NCBI GenBank assembly: GCA_041611095.1
Contig: JBFINP010000002.1
Span: 59,837-123,836, forward strand
Source of the DNA: Acidimicrobiia bacterium
GTDB taxonomy: Bacteria; Actinomycetota; Acidimicrobiia; Spongiisociales; UBA5794
Reading direction: 5' to 3'
DNA length: 64,000 nt
Positions 9,801 to 17,882 of the stretch are shown here, in pieces. Made by a program: the position numbers and the translations under genes. The notes below the pieces were generated by a model. It had not been told where the DNA came from. It ran no database searches and saw nothing but the letters and a program-made list of their open reading frames with translations. Each line of letters begins with the position of its first letter. The first letter of the stretch is position 1.

Positions 9801-11479
9801 AGCCCGAGCAGACCTTCCAGCGCCACGACGATGCCGGCCGGTGCGATGGCGGCGATGGCGATCGAGGCGCCGGTCAAGGAGGCACGTAGCGGGGTGCGAC
9901 GGCGGAATCCTGCCCAGATGCTGAGAAGCGTCGCGGCCATCAGCAGCGCCCCCGGCTCCTCGAAGGCGAGCAGTGCACCGGCACCGGCGGCAGACATGAG
10001 CAATGCGATGGCCGCATCGGGTGCGGGAGTGGGAGCCCATCGCTCCGCGAGGGCGAGCATCACGAGCGCCCCACCCGCTGCCACCCAACCTGAATCAAGC
10101 GACGTGGCAAGCGGGGCGGCGGCCAGGATCACCGCTGCGGCCTGAGCCAGCCACGGCATGGGGATGCGTCCGGCCATCGACTCGACGCCTGCGACCACGG
10201 CGACGAGAGCGACGAGGAGCGGCACGACGGGCCATCCCTCCGTCCACGCCGTGGCGAGGGTCAGCGTGTAGGCGAGGAGGAGACCGGGCACCGCTACGCG
10301 GGCTGTTGCGGCTGCGATGCTTCCGGTCAGACGCTGCACCAGCCACGCCGAGCCGGCGACGCTGAAGGTCACCCCGGCCATCTGTGCCGCCGAGACGCCT
10401 TCCTCGAAGGCCAGCCCGAGCACGCCTGCGGTGACCCAGACGAGAGGAGCGACCAGGAAGCGGAGCGGCGACGAGGGTCTCCGGCGCGCCAGCGCCGCAT
10501 AGCCGGCGGCGAGGACGAGGCTGATGAACGACAGCGTGGCCACCAGGGCCCCGCGCTCCAGGTCGGGCGGGAACGCGACGCCGTCGGCAAAGGCAGCGAA
10601 GGCCATGACCGGCGTGAGTAGACCGAAGAGGAACTCGAGCGAAGCGGCCACGAACGTGGCGTCACGGCGATACAGGAAGGCGGCGAGGCCTGCCAGCACC
10701 GCCGGCAGCAAGATCTCCGCCAACGGGCGGAGGCCGGCGCCGACCTCGGTGAAGGCGAAGATCACGAAGCCGAGCGTCCCGGTGAAGACGAGGAGGACCC
10801 CGAGGGAGCCGAGACCCTGGACGGCGAAGTCGGTCACGAGCGAGTGCCAGAAGCGCCCTGCCGGGGCGAGCCAGGCCGGTGGACTCGGGCGCCCTCGGCG
10901 CTCGCGCGCCGCCGCTCCCGCCGATATGGGCGTCGAGGATCGGATCGGCGCCGGCCGCATCGGGGGTCCGACGGGCGCAGTGGGCACGCTCACCACGGAT
11001 GGCACCATGTCGCCGGCGGGAGGCGGCGGTGGCGGTGCGGCAACCTCAACGCCACGCGCTACGAGCTGGGCCATCAGCCTCTCGTAGGTATCGGGATCGA
11101 TGACCCCGTTGCTGGCCATTTCCCGCAGGAAGACCGAGGCTCTCGGCTCTTTGGGGACCCTCCGGCCGTCGCTCACGACGGCCATCACGATGACGCCGAT
11201 GAGGCCGGCGCCAAAGGCGAGATCCCAAGGATCCTCGCCTGCGATCGCACCGAGCACCGCACCGGCCACCGCTGCCACCACGACGATCCACCACGGGCGG
11301 CGGCGTTTCTCGTCAGTAGGCGCCGATGCCGGCGCCGTTGCGGAGTTCCTGGAGCGTGTCACGCCTCGTATGGTCTCCCATGCGAGCGCTGCGATCCATA
11401 GGGGAGTGCCCCTATTCGGTTCCCGGATGGGCTCGGGGTGCGGCGCCGGATCTCTACCCTGCTCGCATGCGGCAGACAC
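6890..11479 (-). CDS. Giant polytopic integral membrane protein (1,529 aa) with an N-terminal TM + SHOCT-like domain and a Pro-rich linker; DUF2339-like. The true start is probably internal (GTG near 11363)
   Basis: An uninterrupted 4.6-kb frame with Ala/Leu/Gly/Val/Trp-rich membrane-protein composition. The overlapping long +strand ORFs are Asp/Glu/Arg/Gly/His-rich, the signature of antisense reading of a GC-rich membrane gene. The N-terminus contains RPWWIVVVAAVAGAVLGAIAG (TM) followed by FLREMASNGVIDPDTYERLMAQLVARG (SHOCT-like) and PPPPPP. Confidence 0.6.
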   Translation of the reverse strand: MSAACEQGRDPAPHPEPIREPNRGTPLWIAALAWETIRGVTRSRNSATAPASAPTDEKRRRPWWIVVVAAVAGAVLGAIAGEDPWDLAFGAGLIGVIVMAVVSDGRRVPKEPRASVFLREMASNGVIDPDTYERLMAQLVARGVEVAAPPPPPPAGDMVPSVVSVPTAPVGPPMRPAPIRSSTPISAGAAARERRGRPSPPAWLAPAGRFWHSLVTDFAVQGLGSLGVLLVFTGTLGFVIFAFTEVGAGLRPLAEILLPAVLAGLAAFLYRRDATFVAASLEFLFGLLTPVMAFAAFADGVAFPPDLERGALVATLSFISLVLAAGYAALARRRPSSPLRFLVAPLVWVTAGVLGLAFEEGVSAAQMAGVTFSVAGSAWLVQRLTGSIAAATARVAVPGLLLAYTLTLATAWTEGWPVVPLLVALVAVVAGVESMAGRIPMPWLAQAAAVILAAAPLATSLDSGWVAAGGALVMLALAERWAPTPAPDAAIALLMSAAGAGALLAFEEPGALLMAATLLSIWAGFRRRTPLRASLTGASIAIAAIAPAGIVVALEGLLGLDTALLLSAALAAGGAMVIRRWAAGDVFYALWVPTLAAGLATATLLALPAPADHRPSVTLLLAALAVVAGRLLPVGLRTWVAVSFTTLAAAISAAVEGVPYEVRITVLAATGIALIAVGAAVRERIGGHLAATGHSLGAVALGALMVALGLDRLTGGWLGEEAWLAVTSGAWAAGWLVEVATGQTSSPLQRLAKTEATRRTIDVGQTTVLIMSLPVTAVASAASIWDNAATAAAIGSLAALAPAYAALSLVAGLRPDLRRWLANGAMAVSAAATTLLLAWFDPDASVDRWVAIVVLGAATSASAAASLQLRHALVRWYGWAASAPFTVVVARQIGVTWAASHWTLFAWGLTVAAFALVLDDRRNGRRSPGTLTAEPWLAPPATLGMAAVVGATLVGLNVPLAAMWPGATAAAGAGLLLALILRLGLVSTASWGFGILAMASGVVAVGHDLADQPWPLAVAATITLIAGLALSPDGAPMARWDIPALVAGTTAAIVSVTLGGLAGATSTTWVPVGLASLAVGAHRRQPVPLALGYGLLVAAAYLAGAEWLAGTLAAGSAAAAVSAWYVPTWRQPLLWTSATAAMAAWLATLEALSATPQLTIGALLGASAVVAVTAAVAVAMRRDVAWAVEWLVPWAGVAALTLGAATVASVVSPSEGVLWIQAGSLALWATSLAVSGSILDRDGLRVSATFAGLASVGSTGLALDLDTSEWVALLCVAAVVATVVAVGVWYRQRSTRGWVVVLGGAAITAQALALVQAADLLPSRAALAVVFLVAAAQSLAAGLVMRDVRLMQLSSPLLFASWATIATQALNGDIQWITSPLGVAVLAVVELGRWDRARRGLEASTDNLRISEVAGMAIFVGPALFQTLVVATGYGLIAILQGVALVVWGTGSRVRRRVYGGAAAAALGAAFMILVPLISIVPEIRGPALWATILGLGAVLLTIAATIEQMRRGVAGVRRSLHGLMEGWE

Positions 11480-12603
11480 CGCGGATGCGCAGCAACATCG
11501 ATGTCTCGCTGCGTCGCGTCGTCGTGGGGTATCGGGTGTTCGGGGCGGCGTGGCTGACGATATTGGCCATCATCACCCTGGCCGGCGCGGGTCCCGTCGA
11601 CCGACCGTGGCTGGTGGTGGCGACTGCCGTCTCCGTGGCGGCGTGGACGGCTTTCACGATCCGGCTTTCACTCCGGCACTCGGCTGCGCTGCGTACCCTC
11701 CAATACCTGGTGGCCGACACGATGCTCGCGGGTATCACGCTGTTCGTTCCGGAGCTGGCGGGCACGGGTTCGTTTGCCGGCGGGTACGCACTGGCCGCGG
11801 TGTTCCACGGGGTCTACGCCCACGGCTGGGCTGGAGGTCTCGGCACCGCCGGTGCGCTCAGCCTGCTGGCGCTGTGGCAGGTCAACACCGATGACGTCGC
11901 CGACCTCACCGCATCGTCGGGAGCGGTTCTCGTCTACGGATTTGCAGCCGCTGCGGCGGCCTGGGCACTCAGCGTCATTCGCAGCCGAGACGCATTGCGA
12001 GTGGCCGCCGAGGAAGCGTTGCTCGACGAGCGCACCGAGCGGATTCGGGCAGAGGAGCGTGCCGCGCTGGCCGCCCGCATCCACGACGGAGTGCTGCAGA
12101 CCCTCGCGCTGATCCAGCGTGACCGCGACGATGCGAACAAGGTGGCAAGCCTCGCCAGACGTCAAGAGCGGGAGCTTCGTCACGTGCTCTACGGCGCCCC
12201 TGGAGCAACGGCCGATGGCTTCCGGGCGGCACTCGCAGCCGCCTGTGCCGACGTTGAGGATCTCTCGGATGTGGCAGTCTCCTGTGTGGTCGTCGGCGAT
12301 CGCGTGTGGTCCGGCGCGGTCGATGCCGTCGTTCAGGCAACCCGCGAAGCCCTGGTGAATGCGGCGAAGTATGCCGGCGTCGACGACGTCTCCGTCTACG
12401 GTGAGGCGGATGCCGGCCGTATGGTGGTGTACGTACGTGATCGCGGTCGCGGCTTCGATCTTGAACGGGTCGACCCGGCCCGCAAGGGGATCGCCGAGTC
12501 GATCGTGCATCGCATCGAGGCAATTGGCGGCCGCGTCGAGATCCACTCGGCGGCGGGCGCCGGCACGGAGGTGATCATCGAGGTGCAGGAGGCGGCCACA
12601 TGA
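11467..12603 (+). CDS. Sensor histidine kinase, HisKA_3 (NarL/LiaS-type) with an N-terminal 4-5 TM intramembrane sensing region
   Basis: H-box ERAALAARIHDGVLQTLALIQ. HATPase_c motifs (REALVNAAKYAG, VRDRGRGFD, GGRVEIHSAAGAGTEV). The N-terminal 150 aa are hydrophobic helices. The in-frame ATG at 11467 (or 11485) is used rather than the upstream ORF extension. Confidence 0.8.
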   Translation: MRQTPRMRSNIDVSLRRVVVGYRVFGAAWLTILAIITLAGAGPVDRPWLVVATAVSVAAWTAFTIRLSLRHSAALRTLQYLVADTMLAGITLFVPELAGTGSFAGGYALAAVFHGVYAHGWAGGLGTAGALSLLALWQVNTDDVADLTASSGAVLVYGFAAAAAAWALSVIRSRDALRVAAEEALLDERTERIRAEERAALAARIHDGVLQTLALIQRDRDDANKVASLARRQERELRHVLYGAPGATADGFRAALAAACADVEDLSDVAVSCVVVGDRVWSGAVDAVVQATREALVNAAKYAGVDDVSVYGEADAGRMVVYVRDRGRGFDLERVDPARKGIAESIVHRIEAIGGRVEIHSAAGAGTEVIIEVQEAAT

Positions 12604-13247
12604 CGGCGGAGAGCGGCCTGCGCGTATTCGTCGTCGACGACCACGATCTGTTCCGAGCCGGCATCAGGAGCGAGCTGCCCGCCGACATCGAGATCGTCGG
12701 GGAGGCGTCTGAGGTCGAGCCGGCGATCGAGATGATCTGCGAGCGCACCCCGGATCTCGTGCTGGTCGATGTCCACATGCCGGCTGGGGGCGGCAGGGCC
12801 GTGATCACGAAGGTCCACGAGAGCAACCCCGATATTCGGTTTCTGGCGATATCCGCCTCGGACGCTCCCGAGGATGTCGTCGCCACCGTCCGCGCCGGGG
12901 CTCGAGGGTATGTCACGAAGACGATCTCGGCTCCCGAGCTCGCCGAGGCGGTGCGGCGGGTCGCCGGCGGCGATGCCGTGTTCTCACCTCAGCTGGCGGG
13001 GTTCGTCCTGGATGCCTTCGCATCCATCCCGATCAAGGACGTCGACCCCGAGCTCGACCAGCTGACGCCGCGGGAGCGGGAGGTCCTCCAGCACATCGCC
13101 CGCGGGTACACGTACCGCGAGATCGGCGACCAGCTCTACATCTCGCCCAAGACCGTCGAGCACCACGTGTCGTCCGTGCTTCGCAAGCTCCAGCTGTCCA
13201 ATCGCCACGAGCTCGGGCGGTGGGCACACGATCGCAAGCTGATCTGA
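12600..13247 (+). CDS. NarL/LuxR-family response regulator
   Basis: REC domain (VFVVDDHDLFRAGI...LVLVDVHMPAGGG) plus a C-terminal LuxR HTH (LTPREREVLQHIARGYTYREIGDQLYISPKTVEHHVSSVLRKL). The ATG overlaps the kinase stop (ATGA), so the two are translationally coupled. Confidence 0.9.
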   Translation: MTAESGLRVFVVDDHDLFRAGIRSELPADIEIVGEASEVEPAIEMICERTPDLVLVDVHMPAGGGRAVITKVHESNPDIRFLAISASDAPEDVVATVRAGARGYVTKTISAPELAEAVRRVAGGDAVFSPQLAGFVLDAFASIPIKDVDPELDQLTPREREVLQHIARGYTYREIGDQLYISPKTVEHHVSSVLRKLQLSNRHELGRWAHDRKLI

Positions 13248-13253
13248 GCGTCG

Positions 13254-13727
13254 TCATCGACCGCCTCCAGGCGTGGTCGCGATCAGGAACGCCGCCTCGA
13301 CGGTGAGGAACGAGTCTCCTGCGTCGTTGAGCAGGTCCGACGTGTAGGAGACGACGCCACGGCGTGGCCGGGAACTCGCACGAAGATGCGTGATCGCCGA
13401 CCGCGCCCTGACCAGCTCGCCGGGATACAGTGGCTGGGGGTATTGCGCCTCCCAGTGGGTGCCGCCGAGGAACGCGAGCGTCCACTCCGGCCGCTGCCAG
13501 ATCCCGTGGCTCGACCGGAACCACAGGCTCATCGTGTAGCCGCCGCTGGCGGTGATCCTCCCGAACCGGGAGCGAGCGGCCTGGTCCTCGTCGACGTACA
13601 TCGGCCAGGGGTCGTAGCGCTCGGCGTAGGCGACCATCTCGTCCCGATCGGCGATCTGAGTCGTCCCCCACATCTCCATGCCGACGCGGAGGTCCTCGAA
13701 GAACACGAGCCGCGGCTCGATGGCCAT
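13254..13727 (-). CDS. MaoC-like (R)-specific enoyl-CoA hydratase/dehydratase, hot-dog fold
   Basis: MAIEPRLVFFEDLRVGMEMWGTTQIADRDEMVAYAERYDPWPMYVDEDQAA...GGYT is typical of the MaoC dehydratase family. The start is chosen at Met83 of the listed ORF (13757 is the alternative). It sits 6 bp from the response-regulator stop, convergently. Confidence 0.75.
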   Translation of the reverse strand: MAIEPRLVFFEDLRVGMEMWGTTQIADRDEMVAYAERYDPWPMYVDEDQAARSRFGRITASGGYTMSLWFRSSHGIWQRPEWTLAFLGGTHWEAQYPQPLYPGELVRARSAITHLRASSRPRRGVVSYTSDLLNDAGDSFLTVEAAFLIATTPGGGR

Positions 13728-13847
13728 CTCCCGACTGTACGCGGTGTGAAGTCCCATGGGTCGACTGTGCTCACGTGCGTCACGATCGCCCGGGAAAGCA
13801 CAATCGAAGCGGCCTCCTGCTCCAGGCTCGGTAGCGTTGTCCGAGAC

Positions 13848-16466
13848 ATGGTGACCGGTACCGCGACCGCACTGCCCACGGGAACGGTGACGTTCCTCTT
13901 CACCGACATCGAGGGCTCGACGCGCCTCGTGCAGCGTCTTGGCCCCGACTATCGCGACGTGCTCGCAACCCACGCCGCGGTCATCCGGGAGCGTGTCGCT
14001 TCAGGTGGTGGGATCGAGGTGAGCACCGAGGGCGATTCGTTCTTCTGCGTCTTCACCTCTGCCGTAGATGCGGTCAGGACGGCGGCGGCGATCCAGACCG
14101 CCCTGGCCGATGTCCCATGGCCGGAGACCGGCGCCGTACGGGTGCGCATCGGCGTCCACACGGGCGAGGGTGAGATCGGCGGTGACAACTACTCGGGCAT
14201 CGATGTCCATCGGGCTGCTCGCATCTCGGCTGCGGGCCACGGGGGGCAGGTGCTCGTGTCGGCCGAGACGCACATGCTGGCCGTCGTGGGCGGCTTCGAC
14301 TTCATCGATCTCGGCACACATGAGCTCAAGGATCTCGAGGCTCCGCAGAGGATCTACCAGGTCGCCGTTTCCGGTCTTGCGGCCGAGTTCCCACCGCTCC
14401 GGACCGCCTCGGCTCGTTCCCACAACCTTCCCGCGATGGCGACGCCGCTGATCGGACGCGCGGACGATGCACAGATGATCGCTGCTCTCCTCGCCCGCCA
14501 GCGGCTGATCACCATCACCGGTCCGGGCGGTCTCGGCAAGACACGGCTGGCGCTCCACGTCGGCGGCGAGGTGCTCGAACGATTCACCGCCGGCGTGTAT
14601 GCCGTCGATCTGGCGCCCCTGGACGATCCAGATCTGGTGACGGCGGCCATCGCTGCGGTTCTCGACGTTGCGGACGCCACCACCGGAGGGCTCGCCGCGT
14701 GGATCGGCGGGCGTGAGCTGCTTCTCATCCTCGACAACTTCGAGCACGTGGCCGCCGCAGCGCCGGTCGTAGCGGACCTGCTGGCCGCAGCGTCTGGGTT
14801 GCGCGTGCTTGCGACGAGTCAACGTCCGCTTCGGATCGCAGGTGAGCACTTGGTGCCGCTGCGGCCGTTGCGGTTCGATGCTTCGAGCGACGACGAACTT
14901 GCTCCGGCGATGCAGCTCTTCGCCGATCGGGCTGGTGCAGCCGACCCGTCGTTCCAGCTGACCGACTACGAGACCGACGTCCGGTCGTTGGTCGTCGCAC
15001 TGGAAGGCGTGCCCCTTGCGATAGAGCTCGCCGCCGCGTGGGCGAGCTTCCTCACGCCGGCACAGATCCTGGAGCGAGTGCGCGGTCGGGACGACGTCTT
15101 GACCAGCCGCCGATCCGACGTCGACGACCGGCACCGCTCGCTCCGGTCCGCAATGGCGTCCGGCCTCGATCTCTTGGACACGGCCCAGCGGACCGGTTTG
15201 CGCCGCCTCAGCGTGTTCTCGGGTGGGATGTCGCTCGATGCCGCCGAGGCGGTCGTGGGCGACGGCGTCGACGCCCTCTCCGCAATGGCGGATCTCGTCG
15301 ATCGCAGCCTCATCCACCGCTCGCTGAGTGATCTGTCCGGATCCCGCTTCAGGATGCTGGAGGCGATCCGTGTCTTCGCATCGGAGGAGCTCGCCGCCGC
15401 CGGCGAGGTCGACCGAGTGACCGCCAGGCACACCGGCTTCTTCTTTGCGATGGCCGCAGAGGCAGCTCGGGAGCTGGAGGGGGAGCGCCTCCCCCTGTGG
15501 CTCGCCAAGCTCTCCGAGGACTGGGAGAACCTCCGTGCCGTCCTGTCACGGCTCCACGCATCGTCGGATGCGCGTCGCGGGCTTGCGATGATCGGTTCGA
15601 TATGGCGGTTCATGCAGGGCCGCGGACGAATCAACGAGGCGCTGCTCTGGCTGGATCGGTTCTTTGCCCTTCCGGGAGCGGGTGAACGCACGCCGGAGCG
15701 TGCGCGCGGGCTGATGGCGCAGGCCGCACTGCGCTACTGGACCGGCGATGCCGGGCTTGCGATCGGCGACTACGAGGAGGCGGTAGCGATCGCCCGCGAG
15801 AATGCAGAGACCACGCTCGCCGCTGATGCGCTCTACGGGCTGGCCACCTCTCGGATCCTGAGCCGCAAGTTCGACGACGTCGCCGCACCACTCGAGGAGG
15901 CCAAGAGGCTCTACACGGCGGCCGGGGACAGCATCGGGCTGGCCCATATCGCAGGAGCCCAGGCGTTTGCGGCGTTCAGGAAGGAAGGCCCCTCACCGGC
16001 TAGGGACTCGCTGGAGCGCTCTGTTCAGCTCTACCGAGAGGTCGGCCACCGGGTGTATGCGGCTCAGATAATCCTCGCGCTCGTCGGTGTGGCGCTGCAC
16101 GAAGGACGGCTGCGCGATGCCGTCGGCCTCGGGCTCGAGGCTACGGAGCTTGCGGACGAGGTCGGGGACGAGTTCTTACAGGTGTGGTCCCTCGAATGGA
16201 TGGCGGCTGCGCTCGTCGAGCTGGGCGACATCGAGACGGCTCTGCGGCTCGTGGGCGGTGCAGAGTCGGCGAGGGAGCGGATCGGTGGCGGCTGGACACC
16301 GCTCTCGGTGAACCTCGACGACGCCCGAACCCGAGCGGCTCGGGTCGTCGGTGAGGCCGCGGTGGCGGCCGGCGTGGCGAGGGGCCGGGGGCTCCCGTTG
16401 GCTTCGGCCGTCGAGCTCGCCCGCACCGCGGCGTCGGGATTGGACGGCTCGCCGACCCCAAGTTGA
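13848..16466 (+). CDS. Multidomain signalling protein: class III adenylate/guanylate cyclase (CHD) + NB-ARC/AAA ATPase + TPR-like C-terminal region (STAND-type; no C-terminal LuxR HTH seen)
   Basis: The ATG at 13848 gives TVTFLFTDIEGSTRLVQ...VRVRIGVHTGEGEIGGDNYSGIDVHRAARI (CHD), then ITITGPGGLGKTRLAL (P-loop), then a long helical repeat region. The upstream 150 codons of the listed ORF are antisense to maoC. Confidence 0.8.
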   Translation: MVTGTATALPTGTVTFLFTDIEGSTRLVQRLGPDYRDVLATHAAVIRERVASGGGIEVSTEGDSFFCVFTSAVDAVRTAAAIQTALADVPWPETGAVRVRIGVHTGEGEIGGDNYSGIDVHRAARISAAGHGGQVLVSAETHMLAVVGGFDFIDLGTHELKDLEAPQRIYQVAVSGLAAEFPPLRTASARSHNLPAMATPLIGRADDAQMIAALLARQRLITITGPGGLGKTRLALHVGGEVLERFTAGVYAVDLAPLDDPDLVTAAIAAVLDVADATTGGLAAWIGGRELLLILDNFEHVAAAAPVVADLLAAASGLRVLATSQRPLRIAGEHLVPLRPLRFDASSDDELAPAMQLFADRAGAADPSFQLTDYETDVRSLVVALEGVPLAIELAAAWASFLTPAQILERVRGRDDVLTSRRSDVDDRHRSLRSAMASGLDLLDTAQRTGLRRLSVFSGGMSLDAAEAVVGDGVDALSAMADLVDRSLIHRSLSDLSGSRFRMLEAIRVFASEELAAAGEVDRVTARHTGFFFAMAAEAARELEGERLPLWLAKLSEDWENLRAVLSRLHASSDARRGLAMIGSIWRFMQGRGRINEALLWLDRFFALPGAGERTPERARGLMAQAALRYWTGDAGLAIGDYEEAVAIARENAETTLAADALYGLATSRILSRKFDDVAAPLEEAKRLYTAAGDSIGLAHIAGAQAFAAFRKEGPSPARDSLERSVQLYREVGHRVYAAQIILALVGVALHEGRLRDAVGLGLEATELADEVGDEFLQVWSLEWMAAALVELGDIETALRLVGGAESARERIGGGWTPLSVNLDDARTRAARVVGEAAVAAGVARGRGLPLASAVELARTAASGLDGSPTPS

Positions 16467-16501
16467 CACCGTGCGGCCTGGACGTCCGAGCGCGTGCGCT
16501 G

Positions 16502-17671
16502 CTAGCGCGCCTCCCTTGTCGGCCGGCACGCATCGTCGTAGTCCACCAGCGGCGGCGGCTGCGACTCGTCAGCACACGCCGGGCAGGACGGGTTGCGGCG
16601 AACGTTGAGCGCCATGAACGACTGATCGAGGGCGTCGTAGGTGAGGAGGCGCCCCGCCAGCGTCTCGCCGACGCCGAGCAGGAGCTTCAGGGTCTCGACC
16701 GCCTGGATGGTGCCGATTACGCCCGGCAGCACGCCGAGCACACCGGCCTCGGCGCACGACGGCGCCAGCTCGGCCGGCGGCGGCTCCGGGTACAGACATC
16801 GGTAGCACGGCCCCGTGTACGGCGCGAACACTGCGACCTGACCCTCGAACCTCAGCACCGACCCGTGCACGACGGGTACTCGCAGGTGAAGGGAGGCGTC
16901 GTTGACGAGGTACCGGGTCGGGAAGTTGTCCGCACCGTCGACCACCACGTCCACGTCCTTCATCAGGTCGAGGACATTGCCCGCTTTGAGTCGTTCGCGC
17001 CGTGTCTCGACGGTGACGTCGGGGTTGAGGGCGGTGATCGTGGCGCGAGCGGAGTCGACCTTCGAGACGCCTACCCGGTCGACGCTGTGGACGACCTGCC
17101 GTTGGAGATTGCTGGCGTCGACGGCGTCGTCGTCGACGATGACCATCGTCCCGACACCGGCCGCGGCGAGATACAGCGCAACGGGTGAGCCCAAGCCACC
17201 TGCGCCGAGGAGGAGAACCTTGCTCGCCAATAGCCGCTCCTGACCCTCCGGTCCCACCTCGGGCAACATCAGATGGCGGTGGTAGCGAGTGCGCTGCTCC
17301 ATCGAGAGGCCGCGCGGTGCACCCCACGGCAGCCCTTCGGTCTTCCACCGCACCGTGCCACCAGCTACGGAGGCGACGTTCGGATACCCCATCTCGGCGA
17401 GCGTCTTCGCAGCGAGCGCAGACCGGTTGCCGGCGGCACAGATGAGGAGGATCTCCGTGTCGGCCTCGGGAACCGCATTGGGGAGGTCGGATTCGAGCAC
17501 CCCACGTGGGATCAGCACGGCAGCGGCGGGCACTCCGTCGGCATGCTCGGTCGGCTCGCGGATGTCGACGAGTACGGCGCCTCCTGCGACCCGGTCCCAC
17601 GCCGCGACGGGCGCGATCTCCCGGATCTCCGCTTTGGCCGCCGCCACGAGCTCTCGATAGGACCGCGTCAT
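16502..17671 (-). CDS. Rhodanese-ThiF/MoeB fusion (adenylyltransferase/sulfurtransferase; MoeZ/MoeB-like with rhodanese placed N-terminally)
   Basis: Rhodanese active site ILLICAAGNRS (CxxGxR) N-terminal. ThiF Rossmann VLLLGAGGLGS and MoeB Zn motifs (CYRC...CPAC) C-terminal. Start taken at MTRSYRELV (Met29 of the ORF). Confidence 0.8.
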   Translation of the reverse strand: MTRSYRELVAAAKAEIREIAPVAAWDRVAGGAVLVDIREPTEHADGVPAAAVLIPRGVLESDLPNAVPEADTEILLICAAGNRSALAAKTLAEMGYPNVASVAGGTVRWKTEGLPWGAPRGLSMEQRTRYHRHLMLPEVGPEGQERLLASKVLLLGAGGLGSPVALYLAAAGVGTMVIVDDDAVDASNLQRQVVHSVDRVGVSKVDSARATITALNPDVTVETRRERLKAGNVLDLMKDVDVVVDGADNFPTRYLVNDASLHLRVPVVHGSVLRFEGQVAVFAPYTGPCYRCLYPEPPPAELAPSCAEAGVLGVLPGVIGTIQAVETLKLLLGVGETLAGRLLTYDALDQSFMALNVRRNPSCPACADESQPPPLVDYDDACRPTREAR

Positions 17672-17882
17672 CGTCTCCGAGCGTAGTGGCGGCTCGTGCC
17701 ATGGTTGGCGTTGTCGACCCATATCGTATCGGCGCGTATAGGCCGCCCGACACATAGTCCGCCGATGCCGCCGCCGTTACCCTTCGGACAAGGCCTCGCC
17801 GTTGCGGAGGGGATCGGCCTGCGCGTCCGGACATCCCCAGCGGTCGAGCACACTAGGTTCAGGTCGAAGGGGGACAGCGCGA

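Noticed and set aside
6914-9889. 991-aa +strand ORF (and 908-aa ORF at 7362-10088, 408-aa ORF at 8277-9503) overlapping the giant membrane gene
   Set aside because: Their composition is Asp/Glu/Arg/Gly/His- or Arg/Gly-dominated with no hydrophobic periodicity. This is the expected appearance of antisense or frame-shifted readings of a GC-rich Ala/Leu/Gly-rich membrane gene, not genuine proteins.
13386-13847. N-terminal 154-codon extension of the cyclase/ATPase ORF
   Set aside because: It overlaps maoC on the opposite strand, has Pro/Arg-rich low-complexity sequence, and the conserved cyclase domain begins right after the internal ATG at 13848.
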